Position numbers and translations under genes: made by a program
In this document: positions 24,680 through 37,358 of the stretch, one piece after another
Numbering within the stretch: the first letter of the stretch is position 1
Layout: each line of letters begins with the position of its first letter
Notes under the pieces: generated by a model
Told to the model about the DNA's origin: nothing
Databases searched by the model: none
Seen by the model: the letters and a program-made list of their open reading frames with translations, nothing else
Source of the DNA: Heptranchias perlo
Lineage: Eukaryota
Direction of reading: 5' to 3'
Assembly: GCF_035084215.1 (NCBI RefSeq)
Contig: NW_027139581.1
Span: 1,116,001 to 1,180,000, forward strand
DNA: 64,000 nt

Positions 24680-27600
24680 ACATAGGAACAGCAGGAGGCC
24701 ATTCAGGCCATCGAGTCTGTTCCGCCATTCAATTATAACATGGCTGATCTGTTTCTCAACTGCATTTACTCGCTTGGTTCAATATCTCTCAATACCCTTT
24801 ATCACAGTATCATAATATAGTACAGCACAGAAGGAGGCCATTCGGCCCAACGTACCTATTCCGGCTCTTTGAATGCGCTATCCAATTATTCCCATTACCC
24901 TGCTCTTTCCCGATAGCTGTCTATTTTTTCCCTTCAAGTATTTAACCAATTCCCTTTTGAAAGTTACGATTGAATCTGCTTCCACCACCCTTTCAGGCAG
25001 AACATTCAGATCATTACATCTCGGTGCGAAAAAAATGTTTCCTCATGTCGCCTCTGGCTCTTTTGCCAACCACTTTAAATCTGTATCCTCTGGTAACCAA
25101 ACCTTCTGCCACTGGAAACAGTTTCTCCTTATTTACCTGATCAAAACCCTTCATGATTTTGAATACCTCCATAACATCTCCCCTTAACATTTTCTGTTCC
25201 AAGGAGAACAATCCCGGCCTCTCCAGTCTCCAAATAACTGAAATCTCTCATCCCTGCTGCCATTCTAGTAAATCTCGTCTGCACCCTCTCTAAGGCCTTG
25301 ACATCCTTTCTAAAGTGTGGTGCCAAGAATTGAACACAATACTCCAGCTGAAACCTAACCAATGATTTATAAAGATTTAGCGTAACTTATTTGCTTCTGT
25401 GCTCTGTGCCTCTATTACAAAAGCCGAGGATCACATATGGTTTATTAACAGCATTCTCAACTTCTCCTTCCACCTTCAAAGATTTCTGTACGTACACCCC
25501 CAGGTCTCTCTGTTCCTGCACTCCCTTTAAAATTCTACCATTTAGTTTATATTGTGTCTCTTCATTCTTCCTCCCAAAGAATGCATCACTTCATACTTCT
25601 CTGCGTTAAATTACATCTGCCATGTCTCTGCACATTTCACCAGTTTGTCTATGTCCTCCTAAAGTTAGTTACTATCCTTCACATTATTTACATTTCCGAG
25701 TTTCGTGTCATCAGCAAACTTTGTAATTGTACCCAGTATACCCAAGTCCATGTCATGCTGATTCCTGGAGAACACCACTCTATACTTCCCTCCAGTCTGA
25801 GAAACTATCGTTCAACACTACTCTTTGCTTTCTGTCCCTTAGCGACAAAGGAAAGAAAAGTGGATGAGTTCCTGCGGTCAGTGTTTCAGGAGCGAGGGAG
25901 GAAGTTGAAAAGCAAGACCTCAAAGGTAGTAATCTCTGGATTACTCCCAGTGCCACCCGCTAGTGAGTCCAGAAATTGGAAGATAAGGCAGGTTAATTCG
26001 TGGCTGCAGACATGGCTCAGGATGGATGGCTTCAGAGTCTTGGGGCAGTGGGACCAGTTTTGGGACCGGAGTGCAAGGGTGGTGGAAGCAGATTCAATCG
26101 TGGCTTTTAAAAAGGAATTGGACAAATACTTCAAGGGAAAAAATTGCACTGGTACTGGGCAAGCGTAGGCTAAATGGGACTAAGTGGATTTCTCTTATAA
26201 AGAGCCGGCAGGGGCACGATGGGCCGAATGGCTTCAATCTGAGCTGGAACCATTCTATGATTAGACAATTTTGTATCCACGCTGCCGCTTTCTCTTTAAT
26301 CCCGGGGGCTTTAATTTCGCTTACAAGTCTATTATGTGGTACTTTATCAAATGCCTTCTGGAAGTCCATATACACAACATCAACCACATTACACTCATTA
26401 ACCCTTCCCGTTACTTCATCAAAGAGCTCAATCAAGTTATCAAACACGATTTTCCTTTAACAAATCCGTGCTGAATTTTCCAAGTGCCAATTAATTTTGT
26501 CCCGGATTATTCTCTCGAAAAGTTTCCCCACCACCGACATTCGGCTGACTGGTCTGTAACTGCCGGGTTTACCTTTTTGAACAAGTCTGTAACATTTGCA
26601 ATCCTCCAGTCCTCCGGTGCCATTCCCATATCTAAGGAGGATCGGAAATTGTGGTGAGAGCCTCCGTAATTTCCACCCTTACTTCCCTCAGAAACCTCGG
26701 TTGCATCCCATCTGGACCGGGTGACTTTTCTACTTTGAGTACTGCCAATCTTTTAAGTACCTCGTCTATCTATTTTTATCCTATCCCATATCGCTACTGA
26801 CCCCCTTTTACTGTTACAGTGGCAGCATCCTTTTCTCTAGTGAAGACCAATGCGGTGCATTCATTTAGTACCTCAGCCCTGCCCTCTTCCTCCACAAGAA
26901 GATCTCTTTTTTTTGTCCCTAATCGGTCCCACCCTTCCTTTCACTACCCTTTTACAATTTACATCTTTATAAAAACGTTTGGGTTCCCTTTTATGCTGGC
27001 CGCTAATCTATTCTCATATTCTCTTTGCCGCTCTTATTTCCTTTTTAAATCTCCTCTGTACTTTCTGTATTCAACTTAGTCCTAAATTGTATTATGTGCC
27101 TTACATTTGTCATAAACCTCCTTTTTCTGTTTCATTGTAATCTCTATATCTTTAGTCATCAAATGAGCTCTAGTTTTGGATGGCCTTCCTTTCCCCCTCG
27201 TGGGACTGGATGTGAACCATTTCCTCATTGAAGGCCTCCCATTCTTCAATTACTATTTTGCAAACCAATCTTTGATTCCGATCCCTTTGTAACTCACTGA
27301 AATTAGCCCTCCTCCAGTTAAATATTTTCACATTAGATTGTCATTTTCCATGACTATTCTAAATCTCATGATATTATGATCACTGTTCCCCAAATGCTCC
27401 CCCACTGAATCATGCTTCACTTCATTCCCAGAACTAGATCCAGCATTGCTTCCTTCCCCGCTGGGCTGGAAACACATTGTTCAACAAAGTTCTCTTGTAC
27501 ACATTTCAGGAATTCCTTCCCGTCTTTGCCCGATACATTGTTGCTGTCCCAGCCTATATTGGGATAATGGAAGGCCCCCCATTATCACTAATCTATCGTT

Positions 27601-28560
27601 CTTGCATCTTCCCGTAACTTGCCTGCAAATTTGTTCCTGTATCTCCTTCCCATTATCTGGTGGCCTATAGTACACACCCAGTAGTGAAATAGCTCCTCCA
27701 TTGTTCTTTAATTTTAACCAAATGGATTTTGTCTTTGACACCCCCTCACCTTTATCATCACTTTCCAGTGCTATAATAGTTTAATTGATCAATACTGCCA
27801 CACCTCCTTTCTTTCCTTCACTATCTTTCCTGAATACAGTGTAGACAGGAATATAAAGTACCCATTCCCCCCAACCTTTGAGCCATGTCTCTGCCATTGT
27901 CTCTATATCACAGTCCCATGTGGCGACTTGAGCCTGCAGCTCACCAACCTTATTTACCACGCCACGTGCATTTACACACATGCACTCCAAGCTCATCTTA
28001 GACTGCCTAATTTCCCCCTGTCTGATCCATCCTATTTCTGAAGTACTCTTTGCTCAAGTGCTATTTGTCCCTCCCAGTCCTCTGTGCACCTTGCTTCTTC
28101 TCTATAATGTTTCATCCTGGTGCCCACCCTATTGTCAAATTTGTTTAAACCCTCGCCCATAGCAGCAGTTAACTTCCCAGCTCTGTTGAGGTGCAACCCG
28201 TCCATCTTGATCGGATCCCTCCTGCCTCACAACTGCTCCCAATGTCCCAGGTATCTGAAACCCACACTCCTGCACCATTTCTCCAGCCACGCATTAGCAA
28301 ATCTTATTCGGCCAGTCCTATACTCACTAGCGCTTGGCTCTGGGAGTAATCCAGATTTTACTACCTTTGAGGTGCTACTTTTGAACTTCCTCCCTAGCTC
28401 CTGAAACTCTGACTGCAGGAACTTTTCCTTCCTATGTCATCGGTTCCCACATGGACCATGATTTCTGGCTGTTCCCCTTCCCTCCTCAAAAGGTCCCGCA
28501 TCTCTCAATGTTGTCCTTTACCCTGGCACCAGGGAGACAACACACATACAGGACTCATGT
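24680..28560 (-). mobile_element. Near-full-length degenerate CR1 (esterase-type ORF1, APE endonuclease, RT) with nested fragments
   Basis: SKVVKSGLLP ORF1 motif near 28350, CVNARGVVNKVGEL/ETWL endonuclease at 27781-27996, and VDVVYMDFQKAFDKVPH RT near 26350. A plus-strand ORF1/3' piece lies at about 25845-26260. Confidence 0.85.
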
Positions 28561-28609
28561 CGGCCCTTGCAGAAACGCCGGTCTATCTCCCTGAACACAA
28601 TAATATAAG

Positions 28610-30770
28610 AACATAAGAAATACGAGCAGGAGTAGGCCATACGGACTCCCGAACCAGCTCCAACATTCAATAAGATCATGGCTGATCTTCAACCTCAACT
28701 CCACTTTCCAGCCCGATCCCCATATCCCTTGAATCATAGAAACATAGAAAATAGGAGCAAGAGTAGGCCATTCGGCCCTTCGGGCCTGCTCTGTCATGAA
28801 AATGATAATAGCCGATCGTCTAACTCAGTGCCCTGTTCCTGCTTTATCCCCATATCCCTTGATCCCTTTAACGTTAACACATATATCGATCTCCTTCTTG
28901 AATACATCTGATGACTTGGCCTCTACTGCCCTCTGTGGTAGAAAATTCCACAGGTTCACCAACCTCTGATTGAAAAAATGTCTCCTCACCCCGGTGAGAA
29001 GTGGTATACCCCGTATCCTGAGTCTGTGACCCCTGGTTCTGGACTCCCCAGCAATCGGGAACATCCTCCCTGCATCAAGTCTGTCTAGTCCTGTTAGAAT
29101 TTTGTATTTTTCGATGAGATCATCTCTCATTCTTCTAAACTCTGGTGAATATAGGCCGAGTCATTCCAATCCCTCCTCATCCTGCCATCAATCCTGCCAT
29201 CCCAGGAATCAGTCTGGTAAACCTTCGTTGCACTCCCTCCATGGAAAGGACATCCTTCCTCAGATAAGGAGACCAAAACTGCACACAATACTCCAGATGT
29301 GGTCTCACCAAGGCCCCGTATAACTATAGTGAGATATCCCTGCTCCTGTACTCAAATGCTCGCTTTTAGCGACTGGTGTGCAAGGACACCCAGGTCTCGT
29401 TGCACCTCCCCTTTTCCCAAACTATCACCATTCAGATAATCATCTGCCTTTCTGTTTTTACAACCAAAGTTGATAACCTCACATTTATCCACGTTATACT
29501 GCATCCGCCATGTTCTTGCCCACTCACCCAACTTGTCTAAATCACTCTTTGCATCCTCCTTACAGCTCTCATTCCACCCCAGCTTGGTATCGTCTGCAAA
29601 CTTGGAAATGTTACATTTAGTTCCCTCATCCAAATCATTGATATATATTGTGAATAGCTTGGGCCCAAGCACTGTTCCCTGCGATACCTCACTAGTCACT
29701 GCCTGGCACCCGGAAAAAGACCCGTTTATTCCTATTCTCTGTTTCCTGTCTGTCAAACAATTCTCGATCCATGCCAATATATTCCCCCCAATCCCATGTG
29801 CTTTAATTTTGCACACTAACCTCTTGTGTGGCACCTTATCAAAAGCCATCTGAAAATCCAAATACACCACATCTACTGGTTCTCCCTTATCTATTCTGCT
29901 GGTTACATCCTCAAAAAACTCCAGTAGATTTGTTAAGCATGATTTCCCTTTCATAAACCAAACTGACTTTGTCCATTCACGTGAATGCCTTCCAAGTATT
30001 CTGTTGTCACATCTTTCATAATAGACGATAGCATTTTTCCCACTGTTGATGTTACGCTAACTGGTCTGTAATTCCCTGTTTTTTCTCTCCCTCCTGTTTG
30101 AAATAGTGGGGTTACATTTGCCAGCCTCCAGCTGTAGGAACTGTTCCAGAGTCTATAGAATTTTGGAAGATGATCACCAATGCATCCACTATTTCAAGGG
30201 CCACTTCCTTTATTACTCTGGGATGCAGATTATCAGGCCCTGGGGATTTGTCAGCCTTTAGCCCAAATAATTTCCGAAGCACATTATCTTTTTACCAATA
30301 ATTCCCCCAGAGTCCAAAAATCTATCTATCTCAGCCTTGAATATATTCAACGACTCAACATCCACATTCCTCTGGGGTAGAGAATTTCACAGATTCACAA
30401 CCCTCTGAGTGAAGAAATTCCACCTCACCTCAGTCTTAAATGGTCGACCCCTTATCCTGAGTCTATGCCCCTTAGCTCCAGCCAGGGGAAACAACCTCTC
30501 AGCATCTACCCTGTCAAGCCCCCTCAGAATCTTATATTTTTCAATGAGATCACCTCTCATTCTTCTAAAATCCAGAGAGTATAAGGCCATTGTACTCAAT
30601 CTCTCCTCACAGGACAACCCTCTCCTCCCAGGAATCAATCCAGTGAATCTTCTTTGCACCGCATCAAAGGCAAGTTTATCCTTCCTCAGATAAGCAGACC
30701 AAAACTGTACGCAATACTCCAGGTGAGGTCTCAACAAAGCCCTGTACAATTTTAGTAAGACTATTGAACC
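28610..30770 (-). mobile_element. CR1 LINE fragments (RT and 3' ends, nested)
   Basis: KGKSCLTNLLEFFEDVT, KFADDTKL and [12 protein letters not shown] motifs; CATAGAAA tails. Confidence 0.88.
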
Positions 30771-31219
30771 CCCTATAACAACTGCATTTCGCTCGCTCGC
30801 AGTTCAGCCGAGTCTCCCGTGGTGCAGTGGATTTGCTCCGGATTGCACGTAATCCAGCAACAAACTATTAATCTCAGTTTTGAAATTTCCAATTGACCTC
30901 CAGCCTCACCAGCTTTTTTGGGGAGAGAGTTCCAGATTCCCACTGCCGTTTGTATGAAGAAATGTTCCCTCGCATCACCCCTGAACGACCTAGCTCTAAT
31001 ATTAAGGTTATGGCCCCTTGTTCTGGACTCCCTCAGTTTCTCCGGTGTCAGCCAGCGAATTTACAGGATTATTGAGTTCAATTTCGCTACTTGCCATGGT
31101 GGGGGTAAAAGAGTTTCCTCTAATCCAAGCTCTGCAGAGGGGACCGAGAAGTGAGAAAAGCCTTTCGTTCGGAATAAAAGAGTTTCCTCTCCATTTTATC
31201 CATTTACCAACTTTATTGT

Positions 31220-31615
31220 TTATTCATTCCCGGGATGTGGGCGCCTCTCGTGAGGTCGGCTTTTATTGCCCATCCATAGTTGTCCTTGAGAAAGTGATGG
31301 TGAGCCTTCTGCTTGACCCGCTACAGTCCGTATAGTGAAGGTACTCCCACAGTGCTGTTAGGAGGGAGTTCCGGAAATTTGAATGGGACAATGAAGGAAT
31401 GGCGATATTTGCCCAAATCGGGATGAGTTGTGATTTTAAGGTGAACTTGGAGGTGATGGTGTTCCCATGCACCTGTTGGTAGGGGCCGCGGGTTTGGGAG
31501 GTGCTGCCAAAGAAGCGTGCACGAGTTGCTGCAGTGTATCCTGTAGATGGTACACACTGCAACCACAGTGAGCCGGTGGTGGAGGGAATGAATGTTTAAG
31601 GTGGTGGATGGACTA
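31220..31615 (-). mobile_element. CR1-clade LINE 3' fragment (same family as 57454-58430)
   Basis: VAVCTIYRIHCSNS..LWQHLPNPRPL motif. Confidence 0.75.
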
Positions 31616-31723
31616 AACTATGCCATGGGGATAGACTATGCATATATTTAATGAATAGAAGTCATGTACACGCACTGAGAAGATTCACAATGTGACACTT
31701 GTTGCTGCAACCTCACTGCTCAC

Positions 31724-32032
31724 CTCGTTCCTTGTGTATGGACGCTCTTTTAGGAGTTGGAAGATCCTGATGGCTCACCACGCAATAGAACGTATCCCCA
31801 CTCAGCCACGCTTGTGTCGAGATGTCTACTTTGCTGATCAGGCTGTCGGAGCCCTCGCCAGGTTGGACGGCAATCTCTGATTTTAAAGGCTGCTGTTCTC
31901 TGGTCCAGGACACGTTGACCCCATTCGGAGCATCAGACACGACACAGGTCAAAGTCACCGTCGCCTCCAGTAAAACCTGTTCTTGTGATGGTGGCAGAAT
32001 TGTGACTTCTGGTTCACCGGGTGGAGGACAAT
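31724..32032 (-). CDS. IGHM: IgM CH3 exon
   Basis: cacag|(D)[32 protein letters not shown]...[22 protein letters not shown]|gtgag; 309 nt, phase 1/1; closely resembles shark C-mu3. Confidence 0.96.
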
Positions 32033-32459
32033 CTGTGAGAGGAAAATAAATGTGAACCGATCTATTCTCTGGAGAATTGTGAAGCGAACGTTCAGCCTTT
32101 ATTTGATTAAAGACAAGGAAAGTCATTTTTACTTTGGGCGATATGGACTCAGCCTCCCATTATACAGTGCGCCTGATTTTCCGTGCCACTAATCAGGAAT
32201 GTGACCATTGGTGACTCCCCCATTCCCTGGAACAGTTGTGTTGAAGCACAGCTCTGATGCTCTACTTGCGCACCGCCTGATTTCGGCTCACTGAGAACAA
32301 AACTGGGACCAGGATCGCAGACTGATCCGATGACATGTCCGCAGAGGAATCCCTTCTGGGGCGGGGCTCTGGAACGTCTGCAGTGCTCACTGAACTGTAA
32401 CAGAGGCAGAGAGAGTCAGGCCGTCCAGGAGAAGGAAGCAAGTAACTAGATACTCGGTA

Positions 32460-32892
32460 AAGAAAGAAAGAACTTGCATTTATACAGCGCTTTTCATCAC
32501 CTCAGGACGTCCCAGAGCGCTTTACAGACAAAAAACTACTTTTGACGTGTGGTCACTGTTGAAATGTTGGAAACTCAGCTATCAATTTGCTCACAGCAAG
32601 CTCCCACCAACAGCAATGTGATAATGACCGGGTAATCTCTTTTAGTGATGTTGGTTGAGGGATAAATATTGGCCAGGACACAGGGGAGAACTCCATTGCT
32701 TGTCTTCTAGATATTGCTGTGTGATCTTTTCCTTTCACCTGAGAGGGCAGATCGGGGCCTCGGTTTAACGTCTCAACAAGATGGCACCTCCCATAGTGCA
32801 GCGCTCCATCAGTCCTGACTGGGAGTGTCAGCCTCGATTTTATGCTCAAGTCTCTGGAGTGGGATTGAACCCACGACCTTCTGACTCAGAGA
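32460..32892 (-). mobile_element. tRNA-derived SINE with L2-type tail
   Basis: B-box (GATTGAACCC on +) near 32863 and tail GAACTTGCATTTATACAGCGC. Related copies lie at about 52010-52690 (-) and 53480-53830 (+). Confidence 0.7.
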
Positions 32893-33050
32893 TGATCAAT
32901 AACATCAATGATATGTTCCTAATAATTGGTGAAAGAAGTTATCAGTCCCCCCACACACCCTCACCCCCACCCCACGGAACACTGACTGTAAATTTCGGTA
33001 GAATTTGGCACTTAGATGCATCTGGCCTCAGCTCCCGGTTTGCCTCTTAC

Positions 33051-33371
33051 CAGGAGAACTGGTGATATTTTTGCTCTGGATGCTCTTGCTCGCTTTGTGA
33101 GTGACGGAGCAGGTGTATACCGCACCGTTGAACCATTCCCTGGAGGTGATTTCCAGCCGACTACTGACGCTGAAGTTGCCGTTCTCTTCACAGGGAGGAG
33201 AGGTGACGAACCCGGACTTCACGGGCAATCCGCCCTTCAGCCACTGCACGTCGATGGGTTTTGGTCGGAATTCGGATATTAAACACACGGCCGTTACATG
33301 TTTGCTGGATAAGATTTCCTGAGGTGAACTTTGCGTGAGGATAACAGTTGGAGGGACCGCAGGCAATCTTT
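33051..33371 (-). CDS. IGHM: IgM CH2 exon
   Basis: cccatag|(E)RLPAVPPTVILTQSS..AVCLISEFRP..WLKGG..SGFVTSPPCEENGNFS..EWF..YTCSVTH..NITSSP|gtaag; 321 nt, phase 1/1. Confidence 0.95.
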
Positions 33372-33484
33372 CTATGGGAATTCAAGGAAACAAAGGAGAT
33401 TTCACCATTTCAAAATTAAATAATTCTGTATTGGAAAATTCTGTTATCTTTTCACATCTTGGTCGCCATCGAGCTCACACTAAC

Positions 33485-33793
33485 CTGGAATGGGCAGCTT
33501 CACTGTCTTCCAGGCAGATCCGCTGTGCCGAACCACGCAGTAGACTTTGCTGCTCTCCATCTCTGACTCGGGGATCGTTAACTGGCTGCTCAGGGTGTAG
33601 GTTCCCTTCTTGTTGAACACTGACGGGTAGGTCATGAATCCACTGGTGATGCTTTGGTCATTTTTGGTCCAGGAAAGGATGGCTTTTTCGGGAGAATAGT
33701 TCATCGCCAAGCACCCGACCGTCACCAAACCTTCAGTATTGGGTTCTCCACAGGACGATAGCAGGGCGAAGAGTGTCGGAGTAGACGGTTCAG
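33485..33793 (-). CDS. IGHM: IgM CH1 exon
   Basis: tttcacag|(A)EPSTPTLFALLSSCGEPNTEGLVTVGCLAMNYSP..W..TYPSVFNKKGTYTLSSQLTI..VYCVVRH..PIP|gttag; 309 nt; retains the light-chain-bonding Cys. Confidence 0.95.
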
Positions 33794-34759
33794 CTGTGAA
33801 AGAGGAACAAATTGAACACAAAAGTGAAACTCCGCGATCACATTTACATGAAACGCCCTCATGTTTTGAATATCCGCCAGAATCTGCACCAATTGCATCA
33901 TTTGAGGATCACAAACAACAGTGAAAAGTGAGCCTCTGCTAATTGTGAGGCCTGACTTGAAATGGGCTCACCGAACCCCAGTCTGGTGCATCCGAAAGTC
34001 CGGAGACAGGAAAGTCCATTCGGCCCATCAAGCTCCATCCACCCAGACTCAGTACAAGGAAATTGTATCATTGACTTCGCCGAACTCCTTGTCGCCACTC
34101 CAATGACGAGGACATATTCTCTCCCCTAACTGTTCTCAAGTAAAGTTCAGGCAAAAATATTAATATCACAGGTCTGGAAATTCCCCCAGGCTACTCCCTG
34201 TAAACGGAGTTTCCACTCCACTTCCCACAAAGTCTCGCAGGCGGAGCGGGAGCAGCTCTGACGAATTTCTCGGCATATAAGTCTGAATATCCATCGAGGC
34301 CAAGAGGGGGCTGGATAAAAAATCAGGCGTATACGTTTAGAGGAACTGTGAGCAGCAGGGATGGAAAGTTGGTTGATGGACAGGAAACACAGAGAAACGG
34401 TTAACGTGTCCTTCAGATTGGAGAACGGCTGGAAAGTGAAGTCCTCCTGGTGTCAGTATTCGGGGCACTTCTGTTTACATACATTCCATGGTTTACACTT
34501 GGCGACAGGGAATAAAATCTCGAAAGTTGCTAACGACAAAAAAGTACATGATTTGGCAAGCAGCGAGGAGGAATGTAAAAGTCTTCATGAAGACAGAGGC
34601 AGGATAGGAGAATGGGCGGGCATGTGGCAGATATAATTTAATTAGTGTGCAGAATGTGGGACTGTATACTCAGGGATATGAAACTAAGTGTTCGGATGTG
34701 CAAACAGATCTAAAGTGTGAATATATAATTCTAAAAATGCGATTGTACGCCAAAAACAT

Positions 34760-36380
34760 CTTGCAATTATATAGCCCCTTCAATGTCATAAAATGTCACT
34801 GAGGCACAGAAGGAGATATTGGGACAGCTGAACAAATGCTTGGTCAAAGAGGTAGGTTTAAAGGAGATTCTTCAAGGAGAGGGAGAGGTAGAGAGGCGGC
34901 GAGGTTTAGGGAGGGGATTACAGAGTTTAGGGCCAAGACAGCTGATGGCACGGCCACCAATGGTGGAGCGATTAAAATCGAGGATACGCAAGAGGCCAGA
35001 ATTGGTGGCCTCGGAGGGTTGTACGGCTGGAGGAGGTTACAGAGATAGGGAGGGGTGAGGCCATGGAGGGATTTGAAAACAAGGATGTGAACTTTAAAAT
35101 CGAGGCGTTCCCGGACCGACAGCCAATGGAGGTCAGCGAGTACAGGTGTGATGGGTGAACGGGACTTTGTGCGAGTTAGGATACGGGGCAGCAGAGTTTT
35201 CGATCAGCCCAGGTTTATGGAGGGCGGGAGATGGGAGGCCAGGAGAGCATTGGAATAGTCAAATCTAGAGGCAATAAAGGCATGGATGAGGGTTTCAGCA
35301 GCAGAAGAGCTGAGGCAGGGGTGGAGATGGGTGATGTTACGGAGGTGGAATTAGGCGGTCTTGGCGATGGAGCAGATATGTGGTCCGAATCTCATCTCAG
35401 GGTCAAATAGGACGCCGAGTTTGCGAACGGTCTGGTTCAGCCTCAGAGAATGGCCAGGGAGAGGGATGGAGACAGTGGCTAGGGAACGGGTTTAGTGGCG
35501 GGGACCAAAGACAACGACTTCTGTCCTCCCAACATTTAGTTGGAGGAAATTTTTGCTTATCCAGCACTGGATGTCGGACAAGCAGTGTGACAAATCAGAG
35601 AGAGTGGAGGGGTTGAGGGAGGTGGTGGTGAGGTAGAGCTGGGTGTCGGCAGCTTCCATGTGGAATCTGACTTTGTATTTTCAGATGATGTCGCCGCGGG
35701 GCAGCATGTCGATGAGAAATAGGAAGGGTCAAGGATAGATCCTTGGGGGACTCCAGAGATAACGGAGCGGGAAGAGAAGTCATTGCGGATGGTTCTCTGG
35801 CTACGACTGGGTAGCTGAGAATTGAACCAGGCGAGCGCAGTCCTACCCAGTTGGATGACGGAGGAGAGGCTTTGGAAGAGGATGATGTGGTGAACCGTGT
35901 CAAAGGCTGCAGACAGGTCGGAAAAGATGAGGAGGGAAAGTTTACTCCGGTCACAGTCACATAGGATGTCATTTGTAACTTTGTCAAGGGTCATTTCAGT
36001 ACTGTGGCAGGGGCGGAAACCTGATTGGAGGGGTCCATAATGGAGTTATGGGAAAGATGGTGACAGGGGTTAGGGAGACGACAACACATTCAAGGACTTT
36101 GGAGAGGAAAGCGGGGTTAGAGATGGGGCGGTAGTTTGCAAGGACAGAAGGGTCATGAGTGGGTTTTTTTAGTTGGGGGGGGGGTGATGAGGGCAGATTT
36201 GAAGGGGAGGGGGACAATACCTGAGGAGATGGAACCGTTAACAATATCAGCAAACATGTATCGTTCACAATATAAGCTAACATTGGGGCCAGGAAGGGAA
36301 GTTTGGTGGTCAGCAGTTTGGTGGGAATAGGGTTGAGGGAGCAGGAGGTGGTTCTCATGGACAGGATGAGAAGTGAGATA
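34760..36380 (-). mobile_element. L2-like LINE RT and 3' fragment in the J-CH1 intron
   Basis: DPSVLANYRPISNPAFLSKVLE, LIFSDLSAAFDTVHH and SGVPQGSIL motifs. Confidence 0.85.
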
Positions 36381-36777
36381 TTTAAATTCTTCTTTGGCAG
36401 TAGCGCAAAATCGACGATAACGAATTGCACCTCATTTTGCAATCCACCCAAATTTCTTTTCCATTTAAGTGAAGAGGAATTTGTTCAGTGTGGGTATGAT
36501 TTCGGGGCATGAATCCGACTTGGGCAGTGGACAAAGGGGCGGTATCGAATCGGCCGCCTGTTTCTCGCCCCTCCTTATATTCACTCCCATTGAAGTATAA
36601 CGGGAGGCTGGTGCAATACTGCCAGTTGTGAGCTACCGCCCATTGAGTATCAATTCATCCTTGTCTGTGGTGCAAAATGGGCGACAGCCAATCGGTGCCC
36701 CGTTTTGCACTGCCTTAAATCGAAAAGATGCTCGGGCAGGGGGAAACGAGCTGCCGATTGGCTGTCGTTGACATTGC

Positions 36778-37358
36778 TTTTCTCTCTCAGGGTCGAAAGA
36801 ACGGTGTATAGAGAAATAATGTCACCTCTTAATGTGAACCCTTTCTCTCTCATGGTCAAAAGAACGGTGTATGGAGAAATAATGTCACCTCTTAATGTGA
36901 ACCCTTTCTCTCTCATGGTCCAAAGAACTGTGTGTAGAGAAATAATGTCACCTCTTAATGTGAACCCTTTCTCTCTCATGCTCTAAAGAACGGTGTATAG
37001 AGAAATAATGTCACCTCTTAATGTGAACCCTTTCTCTCTCATGGTCTAAAGAACGGTGCACAGAGAAATAATGTCACCTCTTAATGTGAACCCTTTCTCT
37101 CTCATGGTCTAAAGAACGGTGTACAGAGAAATAATGTCACCTCTTAATGTGACCCCTTTCTCTCTCATGGTCTAAAGAACTGTGTGTAGAGAAATAATGT
37201 CACCTCTTAATGTGAACCATTTCTCTCTCATGGTCTAATGAACGGTGTATAGAGAAATAATGTCACCTCTTAATGTGAACCATTTCTCTCTCATGGTCTA
37301 ATGAACGGTGTATAGAGAAATAATGTCACCTCTTAATGTGAACCCTTTCTCTCTCATG
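36778..37358. repeat. 63-bp tandem repeat, about 9 copies, in the J-CH1 intron
   Basis: CTTTCTCTCTCATGGTCTAAAGAACGGTGTATAGAGAAATAATGTCACCTCTTAATGTGAACC, period 63 (36841 and 36904). Confidence 0.95.
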
